NCBI GenBank assembly: GCA_018825365.1
Contig: JAHJEV010000004.1
Span: 27,527 to 91,526, forward strand
Origin: Patescibacteria group bacterium
GTDB taxonomy: Bacteria > Patescibacteriota > WWE3 > UBA101185 > UBA10185
Length of the DNA: 64,000 nt
Direction of reading: 5' to 3'
In this document: piece after piece, positions 1 to 9,055 of the stretch
How positions within the stretch are numbered: position 1 is the stretch's first letter
Layout of the letters: each line of letters opens with the position of its first letter
Translations under genes and position numbers: made by a program
Notes under the pieces: model-generated
Seen by the model: only the letters and a program-made list of their open reading frames with translations
What the model was told of the DNA's origin: nothing
The model's database searches: none

Positions 1-14
1 AATGATCGGGGTTA

Positions 15-1037
15 TCATTCTTTGTCCTTCACAAAACTTTTCCCAAACTGCCTCACACACACGTTGAATAATTTAACATCTGAGTAAATACCTTCTTTTG
101 ATACTCTGGTATCAAATACGAGTCCCACTTCCCCACCCACAGTGTGAATATCCAACGATCCAAGAGTAGAATTTTTTATATGAAGTTTAGCGGGTGAATC
201 TAATTTAAGAGGCACAACATCTACCCGATCTTTTGCTATTTCAAAAAACCGATCTTCTCCAACGGATGTTTTTAATAGACATTCGACAGGACCCTCACAA
301 CAAATAAATGTTCCCACACTTTCAATGTACTTTTCCATATCTATATCCAAACTTTTATCATACATTTTCATTGATTGTACTAGTGGAAATGCGTTATTTC
401 GGTCGATATAAACATCGTAAACAGCAGGTTTTTTAATCATGTCCAATATCATAATGTAGTCTAGCTCTCTATTAAAAGTTCTCTGAAAGAATCTTCCTCC
501 GGAAAATAGTATCTTATTTTTGTTGTCAGTTTTCAAACCTGCGGGTATCCCAAGAATTATTTTTTTATCAATCTCACTTTGAATTGAAATATCATCTACT
601 ATAATGTGCGGGTAAATACAAAGATTTTCTAAAGTATCGCTTTGTTCATCGTAATTTTTTACTGCCAAGTCACCCTGATGGGAAGACATGAAAAACGAGT
701 TAGGAGTAACATGAGACTCCCCACTTATTACAACAGGAAAGTAGTTATCACAATCCCTAACCAAATCTTGTATGCCAACCTCAAGCTTTGGTTTTACGGA
801 AAATTCCGGTGGGTTATTGAAAGAGGAAACAACTAAATCGCATGCGGATGCTTTTGCTTGGTTGTTCGCAAGAACTGTATCCAATACACCTTGACAAAAC
901 TCCTTTTCTGAACATTGGTTTCCAAATAAACTCTCTGAGTAAACATAAGGAAAAGGAAAAATATTGATATGTTTCTTATCTTTTATAAAAAGAAAGCTCG
1001 CATTTGAGGTATCAAAGTAAGCAGCTAACGTGGGCAT
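15..1037 (-). CDS. GlmL/MutL-like (glutamate mutase L family) hypothetical protein
   Basis: 340 aa; C-terminal GGEVGLVFDTR resembles the GlmL C-terminal motif. Confidence 0.5.
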   Translation of the reverse strand: MPTLAAYFDTSNASFLFIKDKKHINIFPFPYVYSESLFGNQCSEKEFCQGVLDTVLANNQAKASACDLVVSSFNNPPEFSVKPKLEVGIQDLVRDCDNYFPVVISGESHVTPNSFFMSSHQGDLAVKNYDEQSDTLENLCIYPHIIVDDISIQSEIDKKIILGIPAGLKTDNKNKILFSGGRFFQRTFNRELDYIMILDMIKKPAVYDVYIDRNNAFPLVQSMKMYDKSLDIDMEKYIESVGTFICCEGPVECLLKTSVGEDRFFEIAKDRVDVVPLKLDSPAKLHIKNSTLGSLDIHTVGGEVGLVFDTRVSKEGIYSDVKLFNVCVRQFGKSFVKDKE

Positions 1038-1056
1038 GAATATATAATAACAAGGG

Positions 1057-1308
1057 TTAGATAGCGTGTCTATCAGTATAAGGCAAAAGCCCCATGTATC
1101 TTGCCTTCTTTATTTCTTTTGCTAGAAGCCTCTGATTTTTGGCAGTAAGACCACTATATTTTTGAGGAAGAACCTTTCCTCTTTCGTTTATAAATCTTCG
1201 CAAAACCAACACTTCCTTATAATCAGGTTTAGTGCCTGTTTCTGTGAAGTAACAGACTTTTGGTCTAAATATTCTTTCTCTTTTTCTTACAGTTTTTTCT
1301 TTCTTCAT
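1057..1308 (-). CDS. rpsR: 30S ribosomal protein S18
   Basis: DYKEVLVLRRFINERGKVLP...AKEIKKARYMGLLPY; rpsF-ssb-rpsR synteny. Confidence 0.97.
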   Translation of the reverse strand: MKKEKTVRKRERIFRPKVCYFTETGTKPDYKEVLVLRRFINERGKVLPQKYSGLTAKNQRLLAKEIKKARYMGLLPYTDRHAI

Positions 1309-1364
1309 ATTTTAAAAAGGTCTCCCCCCGCACCTTTTAGGCACGGGGGCTAAATTCACTTAAG

Positions 1365-1862
1365 TTATTTCTTGGACTTTTTCTTGTCGTCCTTTTCGTC
1401 GCTGTCTAAATCTCCAAGATCCAAATCTCCAAGATCATCGAGATTTACACTTTCCTCCAGATTTGCTTCTTCTGACTCTGGGATTTCAACATCTATCATG
1501 TCTTCTTCAGTTCCTTCTTCTCCGGTTCTTTTTGGAGTCAAAATAATCATGTCGTCAATTACAACTTCTGTCTTGTATCTTTTCTTTCCGTCTTCCCCAA
1601 CCCAATCTCTGGTTTGAAGTCTTCCTTCAACAAAAACCTTGATGCCTTTTCTCAAAAGCTGACCACAGATTTCTGCTAGTTTATTCCAGGCAACGACGTT
1701 GTGGAAATCAACAGATTGTTTCTTTTCTCCTTGCGTAACCCACTCTCTATTTGTGGCGATTACGAAACTTGCTACTCCGTTCCCCTGAGGGGTATATCTC
1801 ATCTCAGGATCCCTTGTAAGGTTACCTATCAGCATTACTTTGTTTAGATTCCTAGATGCCAT
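1365..1862 (-). CDS. ssb: single-stranded DNA-binding protein
   Basis: NKVMLIGNLTRDPEMRYT, VEGRLQTR, acidic tail. Confidence 0.97.
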   Translation of the reverse strand: MASRNLNKVMLIGNLTRDPEMRYTPQGNGVASFVIATNREWVTQGEKKQSVDFHNVVAWNKLAEICGQLLRKGIKVFVEGRLQTRDWVGEDGKKRYKTEVVIDDMIILTPKRTGEEGTEEDMIDVEIPESEEANLEESVNLDDLGDLDLGDLDSDEKDDKKKSKK

Positions 1863-1885
1863 GGTGCCTCCTTGCCTCCTTCAGC

Positions 1886-2167
1886 TCATTTCTGGACAGT
1901 AACTAGATATCTCACTAAACCTGAAAGGAGGTTTAGCTTACCTTTAAATTTGGTTACTGCAGAGGGTTCGAGCTCGAAAACAATTACGTCGAAGTAACCC
2001 TCTGTATCGTGTTTAATCTCATATGAAAGTTTTCTTTTTCCCCAAAAGTTTTGGTCAAGAACTTTTCCACCACAGGAGGTGATTATCTCCTGCAACTTTG
2101 AGGAGAGATCTTTAGATCCCTGATCTCCAAGTGTTACTTTATAAATTGTCATTATCTCGTATTTCAT
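1886..2167 (-). CDS. rpsF: 30S ribosomal protein S6
   Basis: MKYEIM...WGKRKLSYEIK...GYF. Confidence 0.95.
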   Translation of the reverse strand: MKYEIMTIYKVTLGDQGSKDLSSKLQEIITSCGGKVLDQNFWGKRKLSYEIKHDTEGYFDVIVFELEPSAVTKFKGKLNLLSGLVRYLVTVQK

Positions 2168-2336
2168 AACTATCTTGCTACAACGAAGTAATTATATATT
2201 ACAAACATTACCTGTAAACCCTCAAATTCTATCCTAGTTAGACTTTAGTAAATGTTTAAGTAAAGGAGTAGAAAGATGAAGCTTCCTGGGATAGTACATA
2301 AAATAAAGAAAAAAGGCAAATGCTTTATCAAATTGC

Positions 2337-3461
2337 CTAAACCGAGAAGTTAAAAAAAATCACATCACCATCTCTTACCACATACTGCTTTCCCTCAAGT
2401 CTTACTAAGCCCTTTTCCTTAGCTTTTTTATATGATTCAACAGTTTTTAAGACCTCAAAACTTATAACTTCGGCTGAAATAAAGCCCCTTTCGAAGTCTG
2501 TGTGTACCTTTCCAGCCGCCTGGGGAGCTCTCAAACCTTTTTTTATAGTCCAAGAATGAACTTCCTTAGGTTTCATAGTAAAATAACACTCAAGATCAAG
2601 CAGTTGGTAACACTTTTTGATTAATTTATCCAATCCAGCTTCCTTAATACCAAGCACAGAAAGGTAATCAACTCTCTCTTTTTCGTCAAAACTTGCAAGA
2701 TCCGCCTCTATTTTTGCGCAAATTCTGATTGTGTTTTCATTGTTATTAGGTCCTAAAACAGCAGTCTGATTACTTTTTTCCTTCAATTTATCCTCAGACA
2801 CATTTAAAACATAAATTACCGGTTTTGTAGAGAGTAAATTAAGGCTTTTTGATATTTCTTTTTCGTTTTCTGAAAAATCTGAGTCTGTTGGAAGAAGTCC
2901 TTTGTCCAGAAAGGCCTTTATCTTTTGTGCAACTTCTAGTTTTCTCGATGATTCTGGGGTCTTTGAAACCTTTACATCTTTTTCAAGGTTAGAAATCACC
3001 TTCTCTATTATTTGAAGGTCTGAAAGTATAAGTTCGGTACTTACAACTTGAGAGTCATTTATAGGATCGATAGAACCTGCTCTTATTACATTTGGATCTT
3101 CAAAGTCTCGAACAACGTGAGCTATCGCATCCACCTCTCTAATATGGCCTAAGAATTCATTTCCCAAACCCTCTCCTTGCGAGGCCCCTTTTACAAGACC
3201 GGCGATGTCATAGAATTTTATAACTGAGGGAACTACCTTTTCCGGAATTTGCTTATCAGTTCTTGGATTATCGTTTCTTACATACTGACATAAAAGTTCT
3301 ATTCTCTCGTCCGGGACATCAACAATACCTACATTTGGTTCTATGGTTGCAAAAGGATAGTTAGCAACAAGTGCTGCCTGCCTTTTTAGTAAAGCATTAA
3401 AAAGCGTTGATTTTCCAACATTCGGGAGCCCAATTATTCCTATGGAAAGGTGAGAATTCAT
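2337..3461 (-). CDS. ychF: redox-regulated ATPase YchF
   Basis: GIIGLPNVGKSTLFNAL, ANYPFATIEPN, DIAGLVKGAS, EGKQYVVRDGD. Confidence 0.96.
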   Translation of the reverse strand: MNSHLSIGIIGLPNVGKSTLFNALLKRQAALVANYPFATIEPNVGIVDVPDERIELLCQYVRNDNPRTDKQIPEKVVPSVIKFYDIAGLVKGASQGEGLGNEFLGHIREVDAIAHVVRDFEDPNVIRAGSIDPINDSQVVSTELILSDLQIIEKVISNLEKDVKVSKTPESSRKLEVAQKIKAFLDKGLLPTDSDFSENEKEISKSLNLLSTKPVIYVLNVSEDKLKEKSNQTAVLGPNNNENTIRICAKIEADLASFDEKERVDYLSVLGIKEAGLDKLIKKCYQLLDLECYFTMKPKEVHSWTIKKGLRAPQAAGKVHTDFERGFISAEVISFEVLKTVESYKKAKEKGLVRLEGKQYVVRDGDVIFFNFSV

Positions 3462-3925
3462 TTTACTTTCTCCATATCCTGTTCACATATATAAAGCCTA
3501 TCTACACCGTGTTTTTCAAGTTCTTTCCTATATTTTTCATAATATTCATGCACCTTATCGGGCAACCAGAAACTTTTTGCCAAGGAATATTTTTCTGAGG
3601 AAGATAGCGACTTATAGTAGTCCCTTTGCCCCAGGCGTAACTCGAGGGTTTCCCAAAACTCAAAATCGCTAAATTCACGAACTATTTCCTCTTCCCTTAG
3701 ACACAGAGAATTTTCCGGTAATCTGGATCCATGAAGATCTTCAATTAAGTCGTCAAATTCCAGCTCTACAGCTATATTCAACATATAACCCATGCCTTCT
3801 TCTAATTGTTTGAGTTTCTTTTTATTTTCTTCGGAAACCAATTCTCGCACAAAATCCCCAACCATGAATGTCAATAGAATTTCTGAAAATTTATTTTTTG
3901 TAATTTTATGTTTGTTAGTCATCAT
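3458..3925 (-). CDS. hypothetical protein
   Basis: 155-aa ORF overlapping the ychF start; no motif recognised. Confidence 0.7.
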   Translation of the reverse strand: MMTNKHKITKNKFSEILLTFMVGDFVRELVSEENKKKLKQLEEGMGYMLNIAVELEFDDLIEDLHGSRLPENSLCLREEEIVREFSDFEFWETLELRLGQRDYYKSLSSSEKYSLAKSFWLPDKVHEYYEKYRKELEKHGVDRLYICEQDMEKVK

Positions 3926-3942
3926 TAAAACCGAATACTACT

Positions 3943-4986
3943 CTATTCTAGAATATAAAACACATTCCTTCCTCCACCTCTTTTAGCAAGTACGTTATAC
4001 TTACAAAGAGTTTCTAACACTTGATATGCTGTTTTGTTGCTTACATTCAACAATTCCCTAACTTTTTTATTAGTGACTGAAGCATTTTTTCTGACATATT
4101 CAACTATCTTCATATGCTTTTCACCTAAAGCTATTTGGTTGAACCCCATATCTCGTGATTTACCTCCTGTTAACAGCATTATTTTCTTTCTTACAGCCTC
4201 TAAGCTTACATCTACACCCTCACAAAAGTATTCTAGCCATTCGGTTAATTCTCTTTTTGTAGAATTAACTGTCTTGAGTGCGGCGTAATAACCTGGTCTG
4301 TCTGAGTTATAAAAATCGTCCAAAGCAAAGAAACGTTTAGTATCAAAGCCACTTTTCAAAAGTATGTAAGTGGCTAGAATACGAGCCGTTCTGCCGTTAC
4401 CATCAATGAAAGGGTGTATTCTAACAAACTCGTAATGAACTATACCCGCAACTAATACCGGATTTAGTTTCTTAAAATCAATTTCGTTAATAAAATCGAG
4501 GAAGTCCTCCATAAGCTCGGGGACTTCCCTAGTAGCAGGAGGTTTGTATGTAATTTCACCTGTAAATCTATTCCCAACTATGACATATTGATTGCCATGT
4601 CTGTATTTGCCACTGTACTCAGGGTTATCCAATGTTTTTGTTGTAATCATTTTGTGAAGTTTCAAAATATCTTTATTCGTTATTTTCTCTACCATAATTA
4701 ACTTATCCAAGTATTTAAGCGCATCAAAGTAGTTTAGAACTTCTTGTCTGTCTTTTCCAAAAGCAGTTACTTCTCTACCTATTTCAAGATTGCTTACTTC
4801 TTCGTAGGAAAGACTGTTTCCTTCAATACTAGTACTGGCGTGAGCACTTCTTATTAGGGCTTCACGTCTTAGGTCCAATTCCCATTTCGGAACCAATGGC
4901 GCGTTTATAATCACTTCCCTTGCAGCACTGATTTTTGTGAGATGGTCTAGTATTAAATGTGTTATTTGATAGCGAGGTTTGAGCAT
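3943..4986 (-). CDS. Fic family protein with C-terminal HTH
   Basis: Fic motif HPFIDGNGRTAR; STSIEGN inhibitory motif. Confidence 0.93.
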   Translation of the reverse strand: MLKPRYQITHLILDHLTKISAAREVIINAPLVPKWELDLRREALIRSAHASTSIEGNSLSYEEVSNLEIGREVTAFGKDRQEVLNYFDALKYLDKLIMVEKITNKDILKLHKMITTKTLDNPEYSGKYRHGNQYVIVGNRFTGEITYKPPATREVPELMEDFLDFINEIDFKKLNPVLVAGIVHYEFVRIHPFIDGNGRTARILATYILLKSGFDTKRFFALDDFYNSDRPGYYAALKTVNSTKRELTEWLEYFCEGVDVSLEAVRKKIMLLTGGKSRDMGFNQIALGEKHMKIVEYVRKNASVTNKKVRELLNVSNKTAYQVLETLCKYNVLAKRGGGRNVFYILE

Positions 4987-5287
4987 TAAGTAGATTGTAT
5001 ATTATTCATTACCTACATACAATAGTTTCTTTATGTTTCCATTACAACACATACATTACTATCATTACTCTATATTCTTCTCAATCGTTACCTACATTGC
5101 AACTTCTGAAGGTAGTGCCTTCACAATTCTTCCGTTCTCACCTCGTTCAACTATTACCCTACTCTTCAAAGGCTCGGGAAGTTCTATTTTTATTTTAAAA
5201 GGAATCCTTTTCTTGGAATTTCCGGGGAATAAATATTTCACTATGCTCAGTGATTCCCTATAGATAAGGACATGAGGTGATTATATC

Positions 5288-5653
5288 TTATATCGAATCG
5301 GAAATATGTACCTTACCAAAATAACCTAGTTTAAGAAGTTTCAAATCCTTTGTAATGAAAATGTCACAATTTGCCTCAGACGCAGAGTGTAATTGGACGT
5401 TGTCCTCAAAATCCGATGTGGGTCCCAAAACTGATTTTTTGGCTATAGAGGATGTGTAGTCTACAAAATTAAATGTGTTAAACATTTCTAATAAGCTGCT
5501 ATTGGGAACAAAACGTTTATATATGTATATCCAAATTTCTATGGAAATAGTTGACACAAATAAATCTTCTCCGTCCAACGCTTTTGCCAAGAGTTTATCT
5601 CTGCTTTCCATGAAATCTATATAAATATTTGCGTCAAGAAACACTTTGGCCAT
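5288..5653 (-). CDS. PIN-domain (VapC-like) toxin
   Basis: VFLDANIYID...DFEDNVQ...FITKD acidic PIN motifs. Confidence 0.88.
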   Translation of the reverse strand: MAKVFLDANIYIDFMESRDKLLAKALDGEDLFVSTISIEIWIYIYKRFVPNSSLLEMFNTFNFVDYTSSIAKKSVLGPTSDFEDNVQLHSASEANCDIFITKDLKLLKLGYFGKVHISDSI

Positions 5654-5903
5654 ATTTCTCTTTCAAATGTTTTGCATAAATCTTTTCCCTTTCCTCATAT
5701 GTATACTGAACCTTTGAAGGTGGGACAGCTTTATGTAGTTTATTTAGTTGTTTAAGCGAGAATATTTTATTACTTTCTTCATAAGGCCCTACTACCCCTA
5801 TAACCTTCGATCTATGTAGTAGGTATGTGTTTTCCCCTCTTTTCAAAGAATCCCTCAATGCCGAGGATTTCTTCCTTAATTCTGTAGTAGAAATGTAGTT
5901 CAT
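5634..5903 (-). CDS. putative antitoxin (Phd/YefM-like N-terminus)
   Basis: ISTTELRKK N-terminus; overlaps the PIN gene. Confidence 0.7.
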   Translation of the reverse strand: MNYISTTELRKKSSALRDSLKRGENTYLLHRSKVIGVVGPYEESNKIFSLKQLNKLHKAVPPSKVQYTYEEREKIYAKHLKEKYGQSVS

Positions 5904-6096
5904 AGTTGGATTTTATGTACATTTAAGTGTACTGTCAAGAGTACACTTAGATTAATTTCGTAGTATTCATTACCTAAATGACCGGCCCACCGGCTTAGTT
6001 TTTACTATTTCTCCCCTTTCGATCATCTCAACAATAATCCTTTCTTTCAAAGACTAGAGCAATTTAATCGAAAAATGGAACTGAACTTTTTTAATA

Positions 6097-6393
6097 TTAC
6101 TGTCTATACTTTGCCTTGTATTTTTCCGACGCATCTTCTCTCACTCTATCAGCCAGGTAAATCTTAATAAGAGATTGATATGGTATGTCTAGTGCGTTTG
6201 CTTTTTCTTTCACCCTGCGCAAAATATGCTCCGGGATCCTAATAGAAACAGGTTTGGAGGTGGACTTGAGATTTGGAAAACTCGCAGGTTCTAGATCCGA
6301 AGCATTAATGTATTCGGAAAGATTAATCTTTGACCAAAATTCTCTTTCTTGATCTTCATTTTCAAATTTAGGTACTTTTATCTGTTTTTTCAT
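6097..6393 (-). CDS. BrnA/CopG-like antitoxin
   Basis: PKFENEDQEREFW...VSIRIP...IPYQSLIK. Confidence 0.85.
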   Translation of the reverse strand: MKKQIKVPKFENEDQEREFWSKINLSEYINASDLEPASFPNLKSTSKPVSIRIPEHILRRVKEKANALDIPYQSLIKIYLADRVREDASEKYKAKYRQ

Positions 6394-6674
6394 AAGTACA
6401 AACCTTCTTCCTTTTTGTTTAGATCACTCGCGGAAATAACTCTTACTTTGTTATTTCTCAAGGTAAAAACAATAAATAACACCCTATCAAATAATGTTTT
6501 TCCAATTAACAAATAGCGCTCTTCTTTTCCAGAATGAAACATATCTTTTACTACCTTTATCCTGTGACCAAAAAACACCTCCTCAATCTCTTCATTTGCG
6601 ACGTCATGCCCTTTCAGGTTTTTATCTATATTTCCCTTATCCCATTGGAATTCTATTGGTGAAGATAGGATCAC
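6390..6674 (-). CDS. BrnT family toxin
   Basis: FQWDKGN...EERYLLIG...VFTLR..KVRVISA; ATGA overlap with the antitoxin. Confidence 0.85.
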   Translation of the reverse strand: MILSSPIEFQWDKGNIDKNLKGHDVANEEIEEVFFGHRIKVVKDMFHSGKEERYLLIGKTLFDRVLFIVFTLRNNKVRVISASDLNKKEEGLYL

Positions 6675-6834
6675 GGTTACAATTGTATATACTAGACACT
6701 ACGTTGTCAATAGCAGGGGGTTCAATTTTAATTTGGAGTTTAGAGAAAATAGGTTTCCTAGAAACACAGGAAAATAATGCTAAACACCTAGCCCAGCTAA
6801 TAAACTCCCTCTCGCAATTTATATTTACTTTAGA

Positions 6835-6910
6835 TATAATCCCTGTGCAATGTGGATTTTTACTCTTTAACTCAATATTAAATAGAAACCGTTAGCTCGG
6901 TTTTCTTTCG
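6835..6910 (+). promoter_or_regulatory. putative leader peptide (MWIFTL, 6850-6870) and terminator-like hairpin upstream of the cfr-like gene
   Basis: TATAAT at 6835-6840; ATG TGG ATT TTT ACT CTT TAA; AGAAACCG-ttagct-CGGTTTTCT followed by a T-rich tract. Confidence 0.5.
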
Positions 6911-6951
6911 TATCATTTTTCTTAAAAAGTTAATATATTTGAAAGGATTCT

Positions 6952-8013
6952 ATGAAGGTCATTAGTCGTATAAAAACAATTGAAAATATCTTGAATAAGA
7001 TGAACGCACCACCCTACCGCAAAAGGCAGGTCTATGAGGGTATTTACAGACAACATTTGGAAACATTCAGTGATCTTACATCTGTACCGAAAGATTTAAG
7101 GGCTGCTCTTGCACAAAAACTCGGCGAGAGAGTTTTGTGTCTCACAAGTATTTGTGAAACTCAAGATAATCAAGCAGACAAAGTACTATTTGAAACACAG
7201 GATAAAAACAAAATAGAGGCTGTACTGATGACGTTTAAACCAAACGAGGAACGTACAGAAGATCACCAGTCCCTTTGCGTATCATCCCAATCCGGGTGTG
7301 CTTTGGGCTGCAGGTTTTGTGCCACGGGGGCAGTAGGATTCAAAAAGAACCTTTCGGCAGATGAGATTACAGACCAAGTATTATATTTCTTACAACAAGG
7401 CAAAGTCGTTAACAACGTCTCTTTCATGGGTATGGGCGAGCCTTTTGCCAATCCAAATCTCTTTGACGCGCTAAAGATCTTAACAGATAAGGACAAGCTA
7501 GGGTACGGGCAGCGGCATATCAGTATTTCCACAGTCGGTATAGTCCCCGGAATTCAAAGGCTACAAAAAGAGTTTCCGGGAGTTAGTCTGGCTTTTTCTT
7601 TGCACTCACCTTTTCCAAAGCAAAGACTTCAACTCATGCCTGTAACAAAAATACACCCAATAGATGCTGTCATGAAAGCGTTAAAAGATTTTGTCAACGA
7701 GACAAACAAAAAGGTTTTTATCGCCTATGTTCTTCTTGAAAATGTGAACGATTCTATCGACCACGCAAAGGAGATTGCCCATTTAATTAAAAATCAAGGT
7801 GATAAGCATTATCTGTACCATGTCAACCTGATACGGTTTAATCCGGGTTCTACCTTCGGGTTGTTTAAAAAACCATCTACGGCAAGAGTGAGTACTTTTA
7901 GAAAGGCATTAGACCGCTACGGCATTAAAAACACCCTAAGGCAGGGTTTTGGTGTAAAGATTAATGCAGCCTGTGGACAACTTTACGCTAATTATGAAAG
8001 GGCAGTTAAATGA
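6952..8013 (+). CDS. Cfr-like radical SAM 23S rRNA A2503 methyltransferase (Cfr/RlmN family)
   Basis: CALGCRFCATG, SFMGMGEP, AACGQLY; Cfr-type segments DEITDQVLYF, FSLHSP, LYHVNLIR. Confidence 0.88.
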   Translation: MKVISRIKTIENILNKMNAPPYRKRQVYEGIYRQHLETFSDLTSVPKDLRAALAQKLGERVLCLTSICETQDNQADKVLFETQDKNKIEAVLMTFKPNEERTEDHQSLCVSSQSGCALGCRFCATGAVGFKKNLSADEITDQVLYFLQQGKVVNNVSFMGMGEPFANPNLFDALKILTDKDKLGYGQRHISISTVGIVPGIQRLQKEFPGVSLAFSLHSPFPKQRLQLMPVTKIHPIDAVMKALKDFVNETNKKVFIAYVLLENVNDSIDHAKEIAHLIKNQGDKHYLYHVNLIRFNPGSTFGLFKKPSTARVSTFRKALDRYGIKNTLRQGFGVKINAACGQLYANYERAVK

Positions 8014-8570
8014 GAATTAACCAAATCCTCAATTTCCTCTTTCAACCCCTTGTTATGTGGAGTTTCCAAAACATAATTATAGTCGTTTTGTAACTCACTT
8101 TTTGATCTTATACTTTTCTTACCCACGACTTTCATCCCAAGTGTTTCACAAAAATGAACAACGTTGTTTGTACATCTATCTATGTACTTTGGCTCATCGG
8201 CACCGACGCACATAACTATAGCTTTCTTCTTACTAAACTCGTTCTGCTTGTTTGCAGTAAAAAAAACACTGCATCTATCCATAAAGTTTTTGAATATCCC
8301 CGGAGGCATGCCAAAGTAGTTTGGGGATACAAAAACAAATCCGTCCGCCGCCTCCATTTTCTCCATTATTTCCACCATGTCATCTTTTTGTTGGCATTCA
8401 AGGTTTTTATTACAATATTCAACACATCCCTTGCAGTGACCGACATTTCTTTTTCTCAAAAGAATCACCTCATTTTCTATTCCCTTTTCTTTAAGAAAAG
8501 ATTGGATAAACAAGACTAGAGTTTCGGAATTACCTTTCCTTGGACTCCCACAGATGCTTAAAATTTTCAC
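7992..8570 (-). CDS. flavodoxin family / iron-sulfur flavoprotein
   Basis: GSPRKGNS, CKGCVEYC...C, SPNYFG, KNFMDR. Confidence 0.88.
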   Translation of the reverse strand: MKILSICGSPRKGNSETLVLFIQSFLKEKGIENEVILLRKRNVGHCKGCVEYCNKNLECQQKDDMVEIMEKMEAADGFVFVSPNYFGMPPGIFKNFMDRCSVFFTANKQNEFSKKKAIVMCVGADEPKYIDRCTNNVVHFCETLGMKVVGKKSIRSKSELQNDYNYVLETPHNKGLKEEIEDLVNSHLTALS

Positions 8571-8746
8571 AGGAATATTTTACCACTACAGAAGGGGAAA
8601 TGGGGAGAATTGTCTATACGCCGTGGTATTTTCTATTTTAAATAGATGCACTAAATAAGCTTTGGGATATTTGGTTTAGTTAGTACATGTACTCCATTTT
8701 ACTGGTTCATGTACCAACAGGGTATGATCACCCAAACAATCGCACC

Positions 8747-8917
8747 TTTACAAAGCTCTAAAAATATATTACTATCGTACAGTTATGCAAAAAGTGCTTA
8801 GCAGATGGTTTCATAGATATTTTAAACCTACCGAATCGGCGGGAGTGTCGTCTGTAGTCTAATTAAGCACATTTATATCTGAGATCCAGGCAACCCGCTG
8901 AAAAAGGCGGGTTTTTT
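8747..8917 (+). promoter_or_regulatory. promoter, 25-aa leader ORF (8785-8862) and attenuator terminator
   Basis: TTTACA-17-TACTAT; MQKVLSRWFHRYFKPTESAGVSSVV*; AACCCGC...GCGGGTT-TTTT; CGGCGGG in the leader can pair with the terminator 5' arm. Confidence 0.6.
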
Positions 8918-9055
8918 AGTTGTCTTAAGAAGGTTTACTGGGATTTGAGCGCTATGAAGCAAATACTTTTATAAAGCTCAAAACCGGGTAAATCTAAACA
9001 GAAACCGGACTGTACCCGAATTAATCCGGCAGCACTTTAAAAAAATGGAGAAAAA

